A stretch of DNA of 64,000 nucleotides from positions 2,400,001 through 2,464,000 of the forward strand of contig CBDCJV010000002.1 in assembly GCA_965217895.1 (NCBI GenBank), read 5' to 3'. This stretch comes from Waterburya sp. (GTDB lineage Bacteria > Cyanobacteriota > Cyanobacteriia > Cyanobacteriales > Xenococcaceae). The translations under genes and the position numbers were made by a program. Positions 58,085 to 64,000 of the stretch are shown here, one piece after another (the first letter of the stretch is position 1; every line of letters begins with the position of its first letter). Below the pieces are notes generated by a model that made no database searches, was not told the origin of the DNA, and saw nothing but the letters and a program-made list of their open reading frames with translations.

Positions 58085-61000
58085 TTATTGACAAAGTTTT
58101 TGCTCAGTTGGCTTTACATTAGGATTAGTTGAGAGATAATCAGACAAGCGATCGCATCCTTGAGTTAAAAGATTATCTAAGTCTAGATTCCACCAGAATA
58201 AACCCTGTTGTTCTTCGCCACTAATAATTGATCGATCATCGCTACTAAAAGCCAGGCTATTTATCTGGCTGGTATGTCCCCGCAGAATTTTAATCAACTC
58301 CCCTGTTGCGGTATTCCAGAGTTTAATATTGCGATCGCCACTTCCTGACGCTAAAACCGTACCATCGGTATTAAAGCTGATGGTAATTACTCCGTCTTGA
58401 TGTCTCAAAGTATGCAGTAACTTGCTGCTTTTCCCTACATCGTCAATTGACCAAAGCTTGACTGTATTGTCCCAACTTCCAGAGGCTAAGGTTTTACCAT
58501 CAGGGGTAAATGCCAAGGAAGTAATTGCTAGTTTATGTGCATCAATTGTTTGTAATAATTCCCCTGCGATCGACCACAGTTTAATAGTGTTATCATAACC
58601 GCCAGAAGCAATTATTTTGCCGTCGGGACTAATACTAACTGCTTTAATACTATCAGTATGTCCTGTTAAAGTTTTAATTAGCTTTGGTTTATTTATTATG
58701 TTCCAGATTTTGATAGTTTTGTCTTCACTTCCAGAAATCAAAGTCTGATTATCAGGACTAAAAGCAATACTGTTGACTCCATCTTTATGCCCTTTCAAGG
58801 TATTAATTAATTTACCGCTTTCAGCATTCCAAAGTTTTATAGTTTTATCCCAACCACTAGAAGCAATTAACTTGCCGTTGGGACTATATTTAATTTGTGA
58901 TATAGTATTTTTAGATGCTTTAAAAGTACGAATCAATTCTTGCCTTCCATCAGCATTGTTGCGCCAGATATTAATTTTGCCATCTTCACTAGCAGCATAA
59001 ATATTAGAAGCTGTAGGAGAAACAGCAACACTAGAAATAGCTTCAGCTTGATTTGAATAGCGATTAAAAACTTGCCAAATTCTAACGGTTTTATCAACAC
59101 CAGTTGAAATTAGTTCATATTTATTTTTTTCTTTACTAGGAATAAACTTAACGTCTAAAACTTCTCCTGTGTGTCCATTTAAAGTCTGTTGTAAAATCCC
59201 TTCTTTACTCCAAATATTGACTTTCCCATCGGTAGTTGAGGTAGCTATTAGTTTGCTATCTTGACTAATACTGACGCTATCAACTGGTGCTTGATGAGAG
59301 TAAGAGTTAATCAGTTGATTGTCAGATTTTGACCTAAGTTCAACTATTGTTTCATCTTTGATGCTGACTAGGTAATCACTCTTCTTAGTAGAAATATTAT
59401 TTGGTTCTAAACTAGGATTGTAAATTTTATTTCGACCCCAAAAAGCAGGATTTTCTCGCGCTTCTTTTTTAGTAAAAGTCTTAAGCAATTTACCCTTTTT
59501 ATTCCAAATTTCAACACTTTGGTCATCACTTGCAGTAGCAATTAGTTCAGCATTATCATTTACAGTAACTGCATTTACTGCTTGACTATAACCTTCAAGG
59601 CGATTTAGTTCTTGAGTGCCATAAATAGACTGCTGAAGAGTTGCGGTAGTTTTAGTCTTAGTTTCTTGCCAGTTATCTTCACCAACTAAAGCTTTACCTA
59701 AGTTATTTATTTGCTTAAATTGTTTTCCTGCTTTAACGCTTGTAGTTAAAGACTCCAACTGTTGATTAGATAATAATTGCGCTTCGGCAACGGAATTTAG
59801 ACTATCAATATTTTCAATTTGCGTAATTAGTTTCTGACGATAGGCACTAACACCAAAAGCTGTCGCAGCTATTCCTAAAATGCCTAAAGCGGTTGCGGTC
59901 AATTGTGTTTTACGTAAACGCTTTTTTGTTTCTTTTTGTTCTGCTAGTCTGGCATCAATACAGGTAGCCACATATTCTTTAGCAGTATCTGATAACTCAT
60001 CAGTGTATTGAATAAATATTTCTTCTGCTTCAGCTAAACGAATACCCCGCAAGAGAAAGTCATCTTGGCAATCTTTTTGTTGCCATAGTATTGCTGCTTG
60101 TTCGATCTGACGTTGCGATCGCAATCTAGATCTGTTTTCCTCTAACCACCAGCGCAAACTTGACCAATGACGAATTAATATTTCATGGACAACTTCCACT
60201 GTTGCCTCTTGGCGCATGGCTTCGAGGAATAATTTATCGTCTTCGGGGGAATTAGCTAGGCTACGGCTTTGTCCTAAGTTGCTACCATCATCTAGATTAA
60301 CTACCAGCAGCTTGGCATCAGTGAGAAGGCGCAGAGTTCTGTTAACTAAAGCTTCAGGGTATTTGGCGACGATTAAATCAGATTTGGCAACCCGACGACG
60401 AGTATCTTCTGTACCCTCTCCCAGTTGAGTTAGATTCAGAAAAATCCAGCGCGCACAGTCTTGAGATGGAGGATCGAGATTATCATATACTGCCTGTGCC
60501 TGTCTTTCTAATGCACCCTTGATTCCTCCCAATTCTTGATATGCCTGGAGGGTTAATTTGCCGTTGTGGCGACGTGACCATAGTTGCTGCAAGGCAAACT
60601 GCAACAGGGGTAAATCGCCTGCGGAACGATCTAAATCTTTTAATAGTACTTCGACTAAACCCGATTCAACCTGCAAGCCAACCTGTTGGGCAGGTTTGAT
60701 AATAGCACTACGATAATCGGCTTCTGTGAGATAAGGCGGTACTAAAATACTGTTATTTTGCAATATTTGGGTTAATTCGGATATTTCTAAGCAAGAAGCG
60801 ACAAAATCAGCACGAATAGTTAAAACCAATTTAAAGCGATCGCCTGCGTATTTAATTGCGCCTAAAATTAATTTGATAAACTCTTGACGTTCTCTCTCTC
60901 CTGCTAGAGTAAACAACTCTTCAAACTGGTCAATTACCAGTAATACCATCGGTTCTGTACGAGTTCTTAGCCAACAGACAAATCCTTCTACTCCTTGGTA

Positions 61001-62905
61001 AAGCAATCCCTCAATTTGTAGTTGTTCTTGGGCTTGGGATTCTTTGCTACGAGAATCGGTTAATAACTTAGCTAAAGTTTGCACAGGCTGGCTACCAGGA
61101 CGAAAACAACCAAGCCACCAGCGATCGCTACCTGGAATTTGTTTACCCTGTCTCAGTTGTGCCATCAATCCCGCCTGGACGGCAGAAGATTTACCACTCC
61201 CTGAAGCACCGACCACCGCCATAGTTAGCTTATGATTAATTTGGTTAAGCATTTTCTGCACCAGTGCTTCTCGACCATGAAAGTATTCGGCACTATCTTC
61301 ACCAAAAGCTTTTAAGCCCATGTAAGGACAAATACCTAAATCTAATGGCTGTTGATGCTCATTAATTCCCTTGGAAGCTGCTAAGACATCAATTACTCCC
61401 TGAGTACCTGATAGCCACACCTGGGGAACAATTCCCGTACCTGCCAAACTTAACTGTAATTGAGCGATCAAAGCTGCAATAGTTAATTCTGAGTCAGAAT
61501 CAGCATTTTGAAGCGTTTCTAATACTGCCTCGGCAAACTGCTGAGAATTATCTAAGGGTGCATTGGCTGCAATCAAACATTGCCCTCTCGATTCTTCAAG
61601 CTGTAGATCTTCTACCCAATCAGCTAAAGAATTTTCTCCAGGACAGTCAAGAATGACTATTTGCTGGTTAACACGAGAATCTTTGAGAACCTTTCTTAAC
61701 CAAGAACGAGATAAGCGAATATTGTTCTGCAATACTAACCATGACTCCCCTGTGGCGGTGGTTGATATTTCTGCCCGTAAGTAGAGTAAAGCAGTATTAA
61801 TTTTTTCCTTCCCTTGAGTTTTTACTCTAGCATCCAAACAAGTTGCGATCGCATTTTTTACCCATGACCAAGATTCATTAGTTTGAGGAAAGTATCTCAG
61901 CTTAAAATCCCCTGCACTTTGTAAAATTTGACTCAAAGCCAAAGTCGTCGAGTTTGCCTTAAATCCACCATCAACTACTAATGCTTGGCGAGGATTAATC
62001 TTTAAGTTGCCTGGCGATCGCTTTCCTAGTACAACTTTACCAAAACCCTCGACAATACGCTTAGGAGTCTGGAAAGGAAACTCTGATTGCAGTCTACTTT
62101 CGCCTCGACTGCTTTTTTGCTGGTTAATTAGGCGTATCTGCTGATTAGTCTTATCGATGTAGCGCAGAGTTTGATGATAAACATATTGATATAAAGCATC
62201 AGCTTCAATGATTCCTTGGGAGTCGGCTGCTTCTCCTTGTAAACCACGCATTAGATAGTAGGTAAACACCCCATGCCCTAATTCAGGAAACTCCCAAGAC
62301 TGTTGCGAGCGATCGCAGGATAATAAAGCATAAAAGCCTTTACTTTCGGCGGCTTTATGACGTAGAACTTCAACTAATCGAGTACTTGGATTAGGCAAAG
62401 ATATCTTTGATGTGCCTCTTAGAGTCATCCCGCCACTATGACAAGCATCTAACCAAACCAATTGCTGACTGGCTGCACAATTGCTTAATTGTTTTAATAA
62501 AGTATTTAACGGTAAACCTGTTGTTAATAGTTTCTCTGTATTAGTATCGGCTAAACAAAGAACTACCTGCTGGCTACTCGCTTCTAAAATACCGTGTCCT
62601 GAAAAATAGAACAAAATCGTATCTTCAGCTTGTGCAGCATTAATAATTTGGGAGATACTTTGCTGAACGTTTGCTATGTAAGGACGCTGATTGATAAAAT
62701 CATGGTGAATAATAACTTCTTTGGCATTAAAGCTAGCGGTTGCCTCGGTTAGTGCCTCTCCTAATCCCTGACAGTCTAGTGCTGAATATTGTAGTGAAGG
62801 TAAGTTTTTTCGATCTTGGTATTGGTTAACGCCAATCAAAAGAATCCACAGTTTAGCGGTTTTTGTAGGAGTTGAGCTAGGGCGGGATTTGACGCGAGGA
62901 CACAT
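58085..62905 (-). CDS. Caspase-like peptidase C14 + nSTAND1-type NTPase + membrane helix + WD40 repeats
   Basis: FYFSGHG and LDACHSG dyad; CPYMGLKAF, GASGSGKSS, IDQFEELFT, LPLLQFAL; many WD repeats. Confidence 0.9.
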   Translation of the reverse strand: MCPRVKSRPSSTPTKTAKLWILLIGVNQYQDRKNLPSLQYSALDCQGLGEALTEATASFNAKEVIIHHDFINQRPYIANVQQSISQIINAAQAEDTILFYFSGHGILEASSQQVVLCLADTNTEKLLTTGLPLNTLLKQLSNCAASQQLVWLDACHSGGMTLRGTSKISLPNPSTRLVEVLRHKAAESKGFYALLSCDRSQQSWEFPELGHGVFTYYLMRGLQGEAADSQGIIEADALYQYVYHQTLRYIDKTNQQIRLINQQKSSRGESRLQSEFPFQTPKRIVEGFGKVVLGKRSPGNLKINPRQALVVDGGFKANSTTLALSQILQSAGDFKLRYFPQTNESWSWVKNAIATCLDARVKTQGKEKINTALLYLRAEISTTATGESWLVLQNNIRLSRSWLRKVLKDSRVNQQIVILDCPGENSLADWVEDLQLEESRGQCLIAANAPLDNSQQFAEAVLETLQNADSDSELTIAALIAQLQLSLAGTGIVPQVWLSGTQGVIDVLAASKGINEHQQPLDLGICPYMGLKAFGEDSAEYFHGREALVQKMLNQINHKLTMAVVGASGSGKSSAVQAGLMAQLRQGKQIPGSDRWWLGCFRPGSQPVQTLAKLLTDSRSKESQAQEQLQIEGLLYQGVEGFVCWLRTRTEPMVLLVIDQFEELFTLAGERERQEFIKLILGAIKYAGDRFKLVLTIRADFVASCLEISELTQILQNNSILVPPYLTEADYRSAIIKPAQQVGLQVESGLVEVLLKDLDRSAGDLPLLQFALQQLWSRRHNGKLTLQAYQELGGIKGALERQAQAVYDNLDPPSQDCARWIFLNLTQLGEGTEDTRRRVAKSDLIVAKYPEALVNRTLRLLTDAKLLVVNLDDGSNLGQSRSLANSPEDDKLFLEAMRQEATVEVVHEILIRHWSSLRWWLEENRSRLRSQRQIEQAAILWQQKDCQDDFLLRGIRLAEAEEIFIQYTDELSDTAKEYVATCIDARLAEQKETKKRLRKTQLTATALGILGIAATAFGVSAYRQKLITQIENIDSLNSVAEAQLLSNQQLESLTTSVKAGKQFKQINNLGKALVGEDNWQETKTKTTATLQQSIYGTQELNRLEGYSQAVNAVTVNDNAELIATASDDQSVEIWNKKGKLLKTFTKKEARENPAFWGRNKIYNPSLEPNNISTKKSDYLVSIKDETIVELRSKSDNQLINSYSHQAPVDSVSISQDSKLIATSTTDGKVNIWSKEGILQQTLNGHTGEVLDVKFIPSKEKNKYELISTGVDKTVRIWQVFNRYSNQAEAISSVAVSPTASNIYAASEDGKINIWRNNADGRQELIRTFKASKNTISQIKYSPNGKLIASSGWDKTIKLWNAESGKLINTLKGHKDGVNSIAFSPDNQTLISGSEDKTIKIWNIINKPKLIKTLTGHTDSIKAVSISPDGKIIASGGYDNTIKLWSIAGELLQTIDAHKLAITSLAFTPDGKTLASGSWDNTVKLWSIDDVGKSSKLLHTLRHQDGVITISFNTDGTVLASGSGDRNIKLWNTATGELIKILRGHTSQINSLAFSSDDRSIISGEEQQGLFWWNLDLDNLLTQGCDRLSDYLSTNPNVKPTEQKLCQ

Positions 62906-63087
62906 CGCTATTTATAAATCTATTATAAAAGTCAGTATATATCTATAGATTAAATGTTCTATATTTATGCGGTTTGGTTTTTAATGTTGTGACTAAAATC
63001 GCCTTAATATACTTAGGACACTCAGAATAGTAAAATTAGCTTTTAGCAGATTTCAGATTGTAAATTTTAACCAATTTTAATTTGCCA

Positions 63088-63711
63088 ATGTCCGATGTTC
63101 AACAATTAATCAATGCGGTAAACAAAGCCGACTCAGCCGATTTACTCTTAGAAACTGTCGAAAACTTAGCCGAAGTTGGCGATCAAGCTGCTATACCCAC
63201 TTTAGTAGAAGTTTTAGGGTTCAATAACCCTGGTGCAGCAGTGGCTGCGGTAGATGGTTTAATTCAAATTGGCGAACCTGTTGTTCCTTATTTACTTCAA
63301 AACCTGGATGGATATAACTATGGTGCAAGGGCTTGGGCAACTAGAGTCTTTGCAGGTATTGGCGATCCTGCTGCTTTAGATTTATTACTTGAGGCTGCGG
63401 TTTCTGATTTTTCTCAAAGTGTACGTCGTGCAGCAGCAAAAGGCTTAGGCAGTATTCTCTGGTCAAAGCTGCCTGAGAGTGAGGTTATTCCTGCTCAAAA
63501 AAAGGTGCTAAAAACCTTGCTTCTTGCCACAAAAGACGGCGAGTGGGTAGTGCGCTACGCTGCGGTAGTTGGTTTAGAGGCTTTAAGCAATACCTTTTCC
63601 CAAACTCAACCAGAATTTATTTCAAAAATTGCGATCGCTTTTCAGAAATTGATTGATAGTGAACCAGAAGCAGCTATTCGCGCTCGTATTAAGTATGCAA
63701 TGCACAAATAA
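63088..63711 (+). CDS. cpcF: HEAT-repeat phycobiliprotein lyase subunit, CpcF-like
   Basis: [33 protein letters not shown]. Confidence 0.8.
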   Translation: MSDVQQLINAVNKADSADLLLETVENLAEVGDQAAIPTLVEVLGFNNPGAAVAAVDGLIQIGEPVVPYLLQNLDGYNYGARAWATRVFAGIGDPAALDLLLEAAVSDFSQSVRRAAAKGLGSILWSKLPESEVIPAQKKVLKTLLLATKDGEWVVRYAAVVGLEALSNTFSQTQPEFISKIAIAFQKLIDSEPEAAIRARIKYAMHK

Positions 63712-64000
63712 CATTTCTGTATGTACTATTTACGCTAACAGAAAATTACACTTAAAAAATTTAATCAAAGGATTAACTAATTCTACAATCTTGTTCAATG
63801 AACTAGTAATAGTTACCATGAACGATAAGCTTCCCAAATTACCAGTAGTACATTTTCCTATTAAAACAGCAGCTATTAAGACAAATGATAATTTTCTGCC
63901 TTTAGCAGCAGCCAGAAATAAATGCGCAGAAATTGCTACAGGAAATAAGTTAGTTTTTCTCGATATAGATTGTATTAGCAATCCTAATTTAATTGAAGTT
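63695..64000 (+). CDS. GT2-family glycosyltransferase (partial; not in ORF track)
   Basis: Open to window end: [14 protein letters not shown]...LPLAAARN...LVFLDIDCI. Confidence 0.75.
   Translation, partial: MQCTNNISVCTIYANRKLHLKNLIKGLTNSTILFNELVIVTMNDKLPKLPVVHFPIKTAAIKTNDNFLPLAAARNKCAEIATGNKLVFLDIDCISNPNLIEV

Noticed and set aside
63730..63981. Minus-strand 83-aa ORF
   Set aside because: Antisense to a clear GT2 frame
1..64000. High frequency of GCGATCGC
   Set aside because: Well-known cyanobacterial HIP1; useful only as a lineage marker

Overview
This window is cyanobacterial chromosomal DNA: it is AT-rich, dense in HIP1 GCGATCGC octamers, and carries psbV, psaL/psaI, psb32, ocp-frp, cpcT/cpcF-like lyases and cphA2/cphB. 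Most of it is core housekeeping (uvrC, mutM, upp, sodB, sulfate ABC operon, cobA/cbiX, hisZ, ddl, gltA). It also has two type II toxin-antitoxin pairs (hicBA, prlF-yhaV), a decayed IS5-family element, several pseudogene scars and a 1606-aa caspase-STAND-WD40 protein. No rRNA, tRNA or CRISPR array was seen. The most striking unexplained signal is non-coding: a family of small GC-rich hairpin modules nested inside one another and inside MITEs. The window itself contains filled and empty site pairs, compensatory base changes between copies, mosaic copies, and a 250-bp insertion that splits an IS5 transposase exactly at its DSQA/VKNT motif. All product calls come from recognising motifs by eye; no database search or folding program was run.
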